A stretch of DNA of 32,000 nucleotides from Nitrosotalea devaniterrae (lineage in GTDB: Archaea; Thermoproteota; Nitrososphaeria; Nitrososphaerales; Nitrosopumilaceae), in assembly GCA_900065925.1 (NCBI GenBank), contig LN890280.1, forward strand, positions 146,451-178,450. The letters are read 5' to 3'. Shown here piece after piece: positions 8,901 to 16,885 of this stretch. Made by a program: the position numbers and the translations under genes. The stretch's first letter is position 1, and every line of letters starts with the position of its first letter. The notes beneath the pieces were generated by a model. The model made no database searches. It saw nothing but the letters and a program-made list of their open reading frames with translations, and was not told the DNA's origin.

Positions 8901-11365
8901 GATTTGCATCAAGCTTATCCGCATCAGGCTTCTCACTAGTTGAGACTGGTCCATCCACAGGTATCTTCACAGGTACATTTGAGGTTCCAGACCAGCTTTG
9001 CCAGTCAGGTTCTAAGAAATCAGTTGTCGGTCAAAACATAAAGGTCAACTATGTTGACTTTAGAGATGATTCTGGCAAACTGGTTGAAGTAAGTGATAAT
9101 TCAGGTGTAAGAGGTAACACTGGCTCAGTCAAGCTAGACAAGGCTGTCTATCCTGTACCATATGGTACAATTGGATCAACAACCAGTACTGCTAACTTTG
9201 ACAAGCCATCAGGTACTTCTACAACCAGTCTTAATGGTGTATTCCCATTGCACAGAGATTTAACTGGCGTAAATGGAATATCATCCACTAACGTGTTAAC
9301 TGCTGGTACTGTTCTAGTCCATATCAGAGTAAATGATCAGGACTTTAACACATCACCAATAGGTACCGATAATCTTGCAACTGGTGTCAACGATGGTAAT
9401 CACGGACCAGTAGCAGTACAGATAACCAGACAAGGCAGCTCAGTACTCTTGGCAACAGCCGGAGGTCCAACAGCTCTAGGCGGTAAGATTCTCACACTTA
9501 ACTCCACAACATCACTGCCTGCAACAAATGCAGCAGCGTGGTCACAAGTAAGAGAACTCGGTCCAATGACCGAAATCGCACCAGATGCTGGAATCTTCCA
9601 AGCAAACTTGCCAATCGAGTTAACTGACGGTCCAGCTGGTACAGATTGTCCAACACCAGATCACTATGATGCTTCCATAAACGGATCATCAACATTTGGT
9701 GCACAATCAGTAAGATTCTATACTACTTCATCCACACCATATTGTGTAAGACAAGGTGATGTACTCACTGTAACTTACATTGACAACAACGATGCATCCG
9801 GTAATACACAGACTGTCACAGACTCTTCCACTTTCGATCTTAGAAACGGTGTACTACAATCCGACAAATCGGTATACATCATCGGTTCAGACATGATCCT
9901 CACACTCGTAGAACCAGACTTTAACCTTGATTCGCAGACTGCTGAAACTGTTCCACTAGATTTAGTTGAATGGGATTCACATGCATTCAAGAAAACAATG
10001 GGTCCACTCGGTGGAGAATCTGCTGCATTTGATGCAAAACCATCAACATTTGTCGAGACAGGTAAAGACACAGGTATCTTCCAATCTGTAATCAAGGTTC
10101 CAAAGACACTCAATGGAAACTTGCTAGAGAGAGGAGAACAGATCCACTTGGAATACACTGACTGGGGTCCAGCAGGCTCAAAGACTGTAGGTAAGAACAA
10201 CCAAGATATTCAGTTGACTATCTACACATCAAACTTTGGCGCCACAGTTGAACTCGATCAGAAAGTATACACATGGACTGACCGTGTCTACATTACAGTA
10301 GTCGCACCAGATCACAACTTTGATCCAAACCTTATCGACATCATTGGAGACAATGATGAAAACAAGGTTACCGTATCAACAAGAGGCAACAGCCTCAGCC
10401 CATACAAATTGGTTGAGACTGGAGTCGACACCGGTATCTTCACTGGATATGTCATCCTACAAGGTGACTCATCCATTGTATCAACTGGTGGTGTTGACGG
10501 TGCTGGCCTCAAGCCAGTAGGTGTTCAAGGTGTAACAACTGGTTCAGGTCCAACAAATGGATTCTTACCAGCAACCGAACAAGATGGTGTATCCGTATCG
10601 TTTGAATTCACAAGAGATCAAACAGTTACTGGCTCTGCACTCATCCGATGGAACATCGGTGAGATCAAGTGGTTAGAAGCAAGCTACCCAGCCAACGGCC
10701 AGGGAGTATTGCAGATAGTCGACCCAGACATGAACCTTAATCCAAAGGCAGTAGACAAGTTCGACACCAACGTATGGTCTGACTCTGATTCTGGTGGTAT
10801 CAAACTCACCATGACAGAGACTGGCGAAGCAACAGGTATCTTCCAAGGTACTATTTACTTTACCACAAACTTCCAGTCATCTGGAAACAGACTCCACGTT
10901 GCTGAAGGTGACACCGTAACAGGTGAATACCGAGACAGAACATTGCCACCGCCATACACACCATCAGATCAACTGAGATTGACCTCGACAACATTCATTG
11001 GAACAGTTGTGCCACCGCTTGAAAGAGCACCGGCATCCAACCCAAGAATCGTTGACTCGTTTGGCAATGCAGTAACTGGTGCAGTAAAATCAGGACAGCA
11101 GATACAAATTACTGCTGACTTGACAAACGGCCAGGACAGAGATCAACCATTTGCATACCTTGTACAAATACAAGATGCTAACGGTGTAACGGTGTCATTA
11201 TCTTGGATCACAGGTACATTGACTGCAGGTCAATCACTCAATCCGGCACAATCTTGGACTCCTCAATCCTCTGGAACATACACTGCTCAAATCTTTGTAT
11301 GGCAGAGCATTGACAATCCAAATGCATTGTCACCGCCTTTGAGCACTACTATCAACGTAGCATAG
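5963..11365 (+). CDS. S-layer protein (thaumarchaeal giant surface-layer protein)
   Basis: 1800-aa ORF; N-terminal secretion signal (MYNNTLRKITSLTLLTILLSSSAVFAMPNALPSAHA), Asp/Thr/Asn-rich, many N-x-S/T sequons, repeated beta-sandwich-like modules with a 'xETGxxTGxFxG' motif; matches my recollection of the Nitrosopumilus S-layer protein. Confidence 0.9.
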   Translation: MYNNTLRKITSLTLLTILLSSSAVFAMPNALPSAHASTNANLFVSAENSQWNNYFAGPQVIQVIVADPDINRLDQGYGEPTVTVNGKKLRMAQNTDGNWYGYFADSKQAQTADSTVQNTVAGKGLDFGSFCSATSAKIATGVDFSETKGVAIADQVYSSTTLSTGNALGSNGTQTPGATVSTDCGAGGVLTVADPAKEAQTKYNHVIRENKTLTQAKTGVTYGQIGFINSNAWPVVQLYDFASLPSVVTVDYHKAGGDQVVNLTFDRIPDGLLSTTVDRSAYPQNTQVFLQVNDPQLNIDPTEEDSWTWATNSSNPGVFYQLFNRNGGVDADGTTGAQNLIGNLTSLMFNHNGKLTVTPQAQSQRVIDFQKNGKDTLTSVSQRGSPATLTTASLGANTLPLTLIESGGVNVGTFGSWDGAKTSEIITVDNANIRGQSAVVRYNDRDLSLVGGFSFASIAQSPLNGTWAGGQRIPVTVTDADSNKNGRITEHLNFYDPNYKRISTMKIGTPFTLSQAGAAKITAFLTGSYLNLVHTTTQGVYTYEGLSHAASGNASMAASANLAEDEGFSARPILKLTNSTAGNVGIPNGGTLFIDLNVTAGKLQSIINNPVGAASSTKFKGFDFLNYDLRSFGSLNNVTGSSISNATIYLVEQTAANHQILDPAQNKLIKTGSFKLYSLANVTSLQGFVNLNGTQTTIGGSASNDAKVTLNNIFNTVVSTHNIGIAIQFRTVGNLASGVVTINPAGEPVAVDFFSIGTIGDGLTNDQRVNNAIYRFELEESGDNTGVFTGTNQYVMLNQLNIYNPTTYSTLRPIQHDVKFAAITDMLQAEARAPQVTYFDLGQDGVNTQISAQTDIPTHTGVVSFDSKTYKIGDTVTITLSDADLNVDNDLVDIYTAVTPVYSAATTTGNADDQRQDPATDTIGTAGLGSYLNGQTAIGRLLDVQFGQQNVRWSNSKINGTTTNTAHCFTAESNGATANGFASSLSASGFSLVETGPSTGIFTGTFEVPDQLCQSGSKKSVVGQNIKVNYVDFRDDSGKLVEVSDNSGVRGNTGSVKLDKAVYPVPYGTIGSTTSTANFDKPSGTSTTSLNGVFPLHRDLTGVNGISSTNVLTAGTVLVHIRVNDQDFNTSPIGTDNLATGVNDGNHGPVAVQITRQGSSVLLATAGGPTALGGKILTLNSTTSLPATNAAAWSQVRELGPMTEIAPDAGIFQANLPIELTDGPAGTDCPTPDHYDASINGSSTFGAQSVRFYTTSSTPYCVRQGDVLTVTYIDNNDASGNTQTVTDSSTFDLRNGVLQSDKSVYIIGSDMILTLVEPDFNLDSQTAETVPLDLVEWDSHAFKKTMGPLGGESAAFDAKPSTFVETGKDTGIFQSVIKVPKTLNGNLLERGEQIHLEYTDWGPAGSKTVGKNNQDIQLTIYTSNFGATVELDQKVYTWTDRVYITVVAPDHNFDPNLIDIIGDNDENKVTVSTRGNSLSPYKLVETGVDTGIFTGYVILQGDSSIVSTGGVDGAGLKPVGVQGVTTGSGPTNGFLPATEQDGVSVSFEFTRDQTVTGSALIRWNIGEIKWLEASYPANGQGVLQIVDPDMNLNPKAVDKFDTNVWSDSDSGGIKLTMTETGEATGIFQGTIYFTTNFQSSGNRLHVAEGDTVTGEYRDRTLPPPYTPSDQLRLTSTTFIGTVVPPLERAPASNPRIVDSFGNAVTGAVKSGQQIQITADLTNGQDRDQPFAYLVQIQDANGVTVSLSWITGTLTAGQSLNPAQSWTPQSSGTYTAQIFVWQSIDNPNALSPPLSTTINVA
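8299..10852 (+). repeat. Protein-level repeated module within the S-layer ORF: (E/D)xGxxTGxFxG motif recurring after 'DxxxYxxxDxxxxTxxxxDxNxD' segments
   Basis: ESGDNTGVFTG (about 8299), ETGPSTGIFTG (about 8942), IAPDAGIFQA (about 9577), ETGKDTGIFQS (about 10054), ETGVDTGIFTG (about 10420), ETGEATGIFQG (about 10816), visible in the translation. Confidence 0.8.
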
Positions 11366-11433
11366 ACTAGTCAACCAAAAAACACTAACTTTCCCTCTTT
11401 TTCCTTTTTATCTTAAAAAACTCCTAACGATAG

Positions 11434-11452
11434 TTGTAGAATAATTCTACAA
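11434..11452. repeat. Perfect inverted repeat TTGTAGAAT-A-ATTCTACAA downstream of the S-layer gene (hairpin or operator)
   Basis: Direct reading: 9-bp arms separated by 1 nt; as RNA an 8-bp stem with a 3-nt loop. Confidence 0.7.
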
Positions 11453-11835
11453 ATATGGATTACAAGTTTCATAAATTTTTTAAAAAATATGATGTGCATA
11501 TAAATTACATTTTCTATATTCAATCAGGATTGATAATTTTGTTCTTGTTTTGTACGAGTTATTTTCAAAATATCTTCTATTTGATATCAGTATACTGAAT
11601 CAAAATGGAAACTTGGAATCACTTTCCATGCAATACTACAGCTGGTGAAATTTCATAGGATGATTTTTCTAACATGTCAAAACACCTACATCAGAAAGAT
11701 TTGCTTGCCTGATCCTGATAATTTAAACAAGCGCCGATCTTGCAGGGAAATTTTTCCCACAATTGATTCCGCATTAGATCGCTGGCAATCTACAAAACGC
11801 TTAAATAGAAAATTAAATCCACGTCAAATCAGCAA

Positions 11836-12135
11836 ATGAAACGAATCATTGCTGTTTCAATTATTGCATTAATAGCACTAGCGCTTGTTCCTTCAATACA
11901 TTTTGCACATGCACAAGAAAAGTCTGCTAAACAATACATCAACCTAAGAGCTGAGGTGTGGAACGAGTTCTTCAGAATGACTACAGCTGCCTTTACCGTG
12001 GGTGCAGTAGTATCAGGTACAATGATCTGGCTTGTCTGGAGATTCCGTGAATCACATCCCAAGAACCAAACTCCTACCAGATGGGAAAAACTAGACGATC
12101 CAACTACTGGCAACTATGAGAAGGAGGGCCATTAG
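11836..12135 (+). CDS. N-terminal part of heme-copper oxidase subunit II (signal peptide plus first TM helix), separately encoded
   Basis: 99 aa; signal peptide MKRIIAVSIIALIALALVPSIHFAHA, then 'LRAEVWNEFFRMTTAAFTVGAVVSGTMIWLVWRFRES', matching the TM1 region of CoxB; followed 2 nt later by the TM2 + CuA ORF. Confidence 0.7.
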   Translation: MKRIIAVSIIALIALALVPSIHFAHAQEKSAKQYINLRAEVWNEFFRMTTAAFTVGAVVSGTMIWLVWRFRESHPKNQTPTRWEKLDDPTTGNYEKEGH

Positions 12136-12137
12136 AG

Positions 12138-12560
12138 ATGGGTCATGATACCGCAGAATGGGTATTCATTGGTGTAGTTATTGCGATTCTAGTATATGTC
12201 GGTGTTGATTCTTGGATTGTCCAAAAAGAAGTAGAAGAGGTTCCAGCAGATGCAGAAACTATCAAAGTCACAGGTCAGCAATGGTTCTGGAGTTTTGAAC
12301 ATGCTGATGGTACAAAAGAAATTAGCACACTTCACCTAAAGAAGGGGCACGCGTATAATTTTGAGATTTATTCAAAAGATGTAATGCACTCTTTTAACAT
12401 TCCAGACTGGGTGGTCTTTGAAGATGCAGTACCTGGTCATGTTAACCATGCATGGTTTGCACCAGATCAAACAGGTGAATTCCCAATCCAGTGCAGAGAA
12501 TATTGTGGTCTGTTACATTACAACATGAGAGGTTCACTAATAGTGGAGGATACACCTTGA
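12138..12560 (+). CDS. Heme-copper oxidase subunit II, TM2 + CuA domain
   Basis: 140 aa; 'ETIKVTGQQWFWSFEHADG', 'MHSFNIPDW', CuA ligands 'CREYCGLLHYNM' (C-x3-C-x3-H-x2-M). Confidence 0.93.
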   Translation: MGHDTAEWVFIGVVIAILVYVGVDSWIVQKEVEEVPADAETIKVTGQQWFWSFEHADGTKEISTLHLKKGHAYNFEIYSKDVMHSFNIPDWVVFEDAVPGHVNHAWFAPDQTGEFPIQCREYCGLLHYNMRGSLIVEDTP

Positions 12561-12615
12561 TAATTATCAAAAACGTTTTATGTGTACAAATATCAAGTGA
12601 AATAGAGGGAACTAC

Positions 12616-14157
12616 ATGGTACTAGAACTAAAGAAGCCTCGTCCAGTCTGGCAGATAATGTTCTCAACACATCACACTGATGTGGGTTTATTGTATACGA
12701 TTACAGGTCTTGCATTCTTGTTTATGGCAGGAGTCTTGGCAATGATGATAAGAACACACTTGTTCTTCCCTGGTCAAGGAGTTTTAATTTCTGATTCTGT
12801 AACCTTTAACAGAATATTCACAGTTCACGGTCTTACAATGTTATTTTTGTTTGCACTTCCAGTAGCTAACGGAGTTGGTAACTATCTTGTGCCACTCATG
12901 GTCAGATACAAAGACATGGCATATCCAAAACTAAATGCAATTGCATTTTGGATGAATCCAGTTGGTGGTGTATTGCTATGGCTTGGATTCTCGGATACAT
13001 CGTGGGTGTCATATGCACCATATTCAGTTATTCGAGCACCAGGTCCAGCAGCTGATATGATGATATTTGGCCTCAAGATTCTTGGAATCTCGTCAATTTT
13101 ATCTTCAATTAATTTCGTAGTTACAATTCTCAAATGCAAGCACCCAGACTTGCCATTGCGCAAAGTTCCGCTCTTTGCATGGTCAATGATGACCGTATCC
13201 TTGATGACAATTGTTGCAATGCCATCTTATGCTGCAGCACTTATCATGTTACTTACTGATAGACTTGGTGTATCAGGTTTCTTTAACCCCTCAATGGGAG
13301 GAGATCCAATTGCATACTTGCACTTGTTCTGGTTTACATTCCATCCTGAAGTGTACATCTTCTTGTTGCCGTCAATTGGAATGATGTATGAAATAATTCC
13401 TAGATTTTCAAGAAAGCCTCTATTCAGCCAAGGCAGTGGTGTATTTGCATTTGTAATGCTTGGCCTGATTGGATTTGCATCTTGGGGTCATCACATGTAT
13501 TCTACAGGTATGGACTTTACAACCAAAGTCGTATTCATGATTGGAACGTTAGCAGCAGTGCCAGCATCTGGCATGCACGTATTTAATTTCCTTGCCACCA
13601 TGTGGGGAGGAAGAATCAGGTTTGCTGCACCAATGAAGTTTGCAGTAGGTGGAATTGCATTATTCTTCTCTGCAGGTGCCGGTGGTGTGCTAAACTCTGC
13701 AATGCCGCTTGACTTTATCAGCCATGGAACTTATTGGGTAGTAGGACACATGCACTTGTTCCTTACAGGTACAATTGCGTTTGGCTTTGTTGGCATGGTA
13801 TACTACATGTTCCCACTAATTACTGGAAGAATGTACAGCGAGAAATTGGCAAACATACATTTCATTGGAATGTTGTGGGGATCTGTTCAAGTCTTTTACA
13901 CTCAACACTTGCTTGGACTTGAGGGAATGCCAAGAAGAATTTATGATTATCCAGCAGAATATACATCTTGGACACAGCTTAACCAGATAGCAACAATAGG
14001 TGCTTGGATTCTGGGAGCAAGCTTTGTAGCATTCTTGATAAACTTGATTTACTACTCAGCCAAGGGCAAAGAAGCAAACATGGACGATCCATTTGGTCTA
14101 GGCGGCAAGTATTATTATCCACACCAAGCCAAGAACCCACACCACATAGGATATTGA
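12616..14157 (+). CDS. coxA: Heme-copper oxidase subunit I (A-family, cytochrome c oxidase-like)
   Basis: 513 aa; 'TVHGLTMLFLFALP' (low-spin heme His), 'FHPEVYIFLLPSIGMM' (CuB His/Tyr, Glu), 'GHHMYSTG', 'VVGHMHLFLTG' (HxH). Confidence 0.96.
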   Translation: MVLELKKPRPVWQIMFSTHHTDVGLLYTITGLAFLFMAGVLAMMIRTHLFFPGQGVLISDSVTFNRIFTVHGLTMLFLFALPVANGVGNYLVPLMVRYKDMAYPKLNAIAFWMNPVGGVLLWLGFSDTSWVSYAPYSVIRAPGPAADMMIFGLKILGISSILSSINFVVTILKCKHPDLPLRKVPLFAWSMMTVSLMTIVAMPSYAAALIMLLTDRLGVSGFFNPSMGGDPIAYLHLFWFTFHPEVYIFLLPSIGMMYEIIPRFSRKPLFSQGSGVFAFVMLGLIGFASWGHHMYSTGMDFTTKVVFMIGTLAAVPASGMHVFNFLATMWGGRIRFAAPMKFAVGGIALFFSAGAGGVLNSAMPLDFISHGTYWVVGHMHLFLTGTIAFGFVGMVYYMFPLITGRMYSEKLANIHFIGMLWGSVQVFYTQHLLGLEGMPRRIYDYPAEYTSWTQLNQIATIGAWILGASFVAFLINLIYYSAKGKEANMDDPFGLGGKYYYPHQAKNPHHIGY

Positions 14158-14158
14158 T

Positions 14159-15136
14159 ATGAGTCACACTGAACACGAGGAAACAATACTTCGAACAAGC
14201 CCTGCTAGGATGGGCAAGATGCTTGCAATTCTATTGGGAATAATGGTAATAGGTGGCGCAATATTTTTCTTAAATTATGATTATTGGAATTCATATCTTC
14301 CAACTGCAGGAAAAATTCAGGAAGAGGGCGCTGCAGGTAGTCATGCTCAAGGACAAGGACAAGCAACAGGTAAAACAGTAGATGTTGATATTGCATTTAT
14401 GGAATCTCCAGACTTTAAGGTATACGCGTTTAATGCATTATCAGGTGATGGTAAAAATCCAGAGATTCATGCAAACGTAGGTGACAAGATTGTATTTCAT
14501 GTAACAAATAAAGGAAAATCATTTCATGCATTTGGAGTAACTGCATCTAAAGAAGGACCAGGTCCTGTAATTGATGGAACAACAGTAGGTACTGCAGACA
14601 ATCCATTAAAGCCAGGCAAGGGTGGTGATGCTACATTTGTTGCATCTGAACCAGGTGAATATTATTACATTTGTGTAGTTCCGGGTCACCGAGAACTTGG
14701 CATGGAAGGAAAGATAGAGATTGCACCAAGTACTGGTGGAAGTGCTGCTTCAGGTGCTGAAGTAAAGCCAACTGGAAATAAAGTTGAATTTACAGTAAGT
14801 TTTGTCATGAGTGCTGATTTCAAACAATATGCATTTGATGCATTGCCAGGCCAAGCAGGCTCTAATGCTGATATCAAAGTAAAATCAGGTGATACCGTTA
14901 CCATACATGTAAAAAATGACAGCAAATCATTTCATGCATTTGGAGTTGTAGTTGATCCAGATAATCCATCTAATGTATTGTGGAACTCTGCAGTTGCTAC
15001 ACCTGATAACCCGTTAAAGCCAGGCAAAAGCGGTGATGTCACATTTGTAGCAGGCGCACCAGGAACATATCATTACATCTGTACTGTTCCTGGACATGCA
15101 GCACTTGGAATGGATGCTAAATTCATAGTCGAGTAA
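14159..15136 (+). CDS. Membrane-anchored protein with two tandem cupredoxin (blue copper) domains
   Basis: 325 aa; N-terminal TM; two repeats each with 'SFHAFG' and 'YYICVVPGHRELGM' / 'YHYICTVPGHAALGM' (C-x4-H-x4-M). Confidence 0.92.
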   Translation: MSHTEHEETILRTSPARMGKMLAILLGIMVIGGAIFFLNYDYWNSYLPTAGKIQEEGAAGSHAQGQGQATGKTVDVDIAFMESPDFKVYAFNALSGDGKNPEIHANVGDKIVFHVTNKGKSFHAFGVTASKEGPGPVIDGTTVGTADNPLKPGKGGDATFVASEPGEYYYICVVPGHRELGMEGKIEIAPSTGGSAASGAEVKPTGNKVEFTVSFVMSADFKQYAFDALPGQAGSNADIKVKSGDTVTIHVKNDSKSFHAFGVVVDPDNPSNVLWNSAVATPDNPLKPGKSGDVTFVAGAPGTYHYICTVPGHAALGMDAKFIVE

Positions 15137-15138
15137 TA

Positions 15139-15585
15139 ATGTACTTCAAGTATCTTGCACTTGCCTCTCTTGTAATTTTATATTCGTTAATGTTCATTGG
15201 TGGATATCTACAGGCAAGTGGACAGGGATTGACATGTCCAAAATGGCCTCTCTGTCCAAGTGGCATCTTACCTTCTCCAGAATTTCTAACCGAATGGATA
15301 CATAGATTCATTGCAGCAACAACTGGAGCCTTGATAGTTGCAACTGCAATAGGTGCATGGAGAACAAAGGGATCTCACAAAAAAATCAAGATAACTGCTA
15401 CTCTGGCAGGAGTATTTGCAGTATCACAAATAGGTCTTGGAGCCATAGTGATTGACACAAAACTTCATGCTGTTATAGTTGCAATCCATAATGGTGTTGG
15501 AATATTGTTATTTGCAATGACTTTACTTACAGTGTTGTTTGCATTCAGAATAGCACGTGGGCAAAAAATAGAGACTAGTGCTTAG
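15139..15585 (+). CDS. Half-size CtaA/Cox15 family heme A synthase-like protein
   Basis: 148 aa, about 4 TM; 'GGYLQASGQGLTCPKWPLCPSG...EWIHRFIAATTG', 'HAVIVAIHNGVG'; same operon as the oxidase genes. Confidence 0.85.
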   Translation: MYFKYLALASLVILYSLMFIGGYLQASGQGLTCPKWPLCPSGILPSPEFLTEWIHRFIAATTGALIVATAIGAWRTKGSHKKIKITATLAGVFAVSQIGLGAIVIDTKLHAVIVAIHNGVGILLFAMTLLTVLFAFRIARGQKIETSA

Positions 15586-16132
15586 GTTTTATTTTTTTTC
15601 TTGTCAACACTGCCCATATGACCAAGGCTGCAAATCCTATACCACCTGATGATATGATGTATGGAAAGATATTGCCAAATACATTGAGAACAGTAATGTT
15701 GTACACGTATGTTAGAGTTGTACCGTTTGGACCTACATCATACAAATCAACATAGACTATGTGGTTTCCTGCTTCATGAAATGTATATTCTGTTGACCAT
15801 TCTCCCTTGCTAAAACTTTGCACTGGAATGGTTCCTACCAACTGGTCATTGAAATAAATCCTGACTCCCATTCTGAATTGACTTACTTCACTAATCTGAG
15901 TGTTAAGTGAATTGAAAATATTTGATGCTGACTGGTGATTTAGTACTCGAAAACTCAACTTGAACGGATGATTGGCCTCTGGTATTTCTGGATCGGTTGC
16001 AACCTGGACTTCATAGTTTCCTATTGTTTGATCATCAGAGTTTAGGTTGTTGTGAGCACTGGCATAATTTACTGTTGGAAATAACATCAAAAGAACAAGA
16101 GGCAGAAAAGCTAGAAAACTAATCTTAATCAA
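15575..16132 (-). CDS. Secreted/anchored beta-rich protein, N-terminal signal and C-terminal TM, function unknown
   Basis: 185 aa; signal MIKISFLAFLPLVLLMLFPTVNYASAH, C-terminal TM followed by RKKIKPKH. Overlaps the 3' end of the convergent CtaA gene by 11 nt. Confidence 0.65.
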   Translation of the reverse strand: MIKISFLAFLPLVLLMLFPTVNYASAHNNLNSDDQTIGNYEVQVATDPEIPEANHPFKLSFRVLNHQSASNIFNSLNTQISEVSQFRMGVRIYFNDQLVGTIPVQSFSKGEWSTEYTFHEAGNHIVYVDLYDVGPNGTTLTYVYNITVLNVFGNIFPYIISSGGIGFAALVIWAVLTRKKIKPKH

Positions 16133-16229
16133 TGCTGTACTTGTAGTGTCATTTCTTTAATATACTGTTACTACACTCGATCTATGAAAATTAACAAAAG
16201 CTTTAAATCAAGTTCTAAGAAAATTGCCA

Positions 16230-16829
16230 ATGATGACCACTGTTAGTAAAACAATTGACATCAAAGAAAAAACCATGAATGTTTTTACATACTTTGCAAG
16301 ACCTGAACACATCTCTGACCAATTCGAAGAGAGAGTAGGAATGACAGTAGTTCCTATGGATGTAAAGGCCGGAATGGGAGTAGGTACAACCTTTAGAGTA
16401 ATTGGTGACTTTGATGGCAAGAGACTAGAGTGGGACTGTGAGACAACTGAATTCATTCCAGAAAAAAGAGTTGCTGCTAAAATGATAAAAGGCCCATTTA
16501 AGAAATGGGAAATTGCAGTTGATTTTGAATCACTCGGTGAAAAAGAAACTAAAGTTACCATGACAGTAAACTATGATATGCCATTTGGCCCTCTTGGTGC
16601 AATTATGGACAAGGCAAAGTTTGCTAAAATAGCAGAAAAAGGAATGGAGACTGCTCTGTACCGAGTAAGAGGCTTGTTGGAAGGCAACGGTTCAATTCCT
16701 GTATATATCACACTTGATGCGTACAGAAAACTCTTGGCAGAAAAAGAAAAGATGAATAATGCTCCAGTTTCTACTGTACTGACAAAAATACTAGAGAAAT
16801 ATTCTCAAGTAGAAGCAGTAAAAAACTAA
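16230..16829 (+). CDS. SRPBCC/START-like (polyketide cyclase/dehydrase) family protein
   Basis: About 199 aa from the ATG at 16230 (ORF track begins at an upstream TTG, 16224); 'VFTYFARPEHISDQFEERVG', 'GVGTTFRVIGDFDGKRLEWDCETTEF', 'VTMTVNYDMPFGPLGAIMDK'. Confidence 0.78.
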   Translation: MMTTVSKTIDIKEKTMNVFTYFARPEHISDQFEERVGMTVVPMDVKAGMGVGTTFRVIGDFDGKRLEWDCETTEFIPEKRVAAKMIKGPFKKWEIAVDFESLGEKETKVTMTVNYDMPFGPLGAIMDKAKFAKIAEKGMETALYRVRGLLEGNGSIPVYITLDAYRKLLAEKEKMNNAPVSTVLTKILEKYSQVEAVKN

Positions 16830-16885
16830 AATCATTTTCTTTTTGACTCAGTTTAAATAACGAACTTGGCGTGAATTTTCTTACC

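Noticed and set aside
6470-10512. Many minus-strand ORFs (for example 7012-7440, 8117-8539, 9775-10200) opposite the S-layer gene
   Set aside because: They are antisense frames within a strongly coding 5.4-kb ORF; their translations are Ser/Val/Thr-rich, low complexity and match no family.
11645-11839. 64-aa plus-strand ORF before the oxidase operon
   Set aside because: No recognisable motif, overlaps the predicted promoter of the oxidase operon and its start; probably non-coding.
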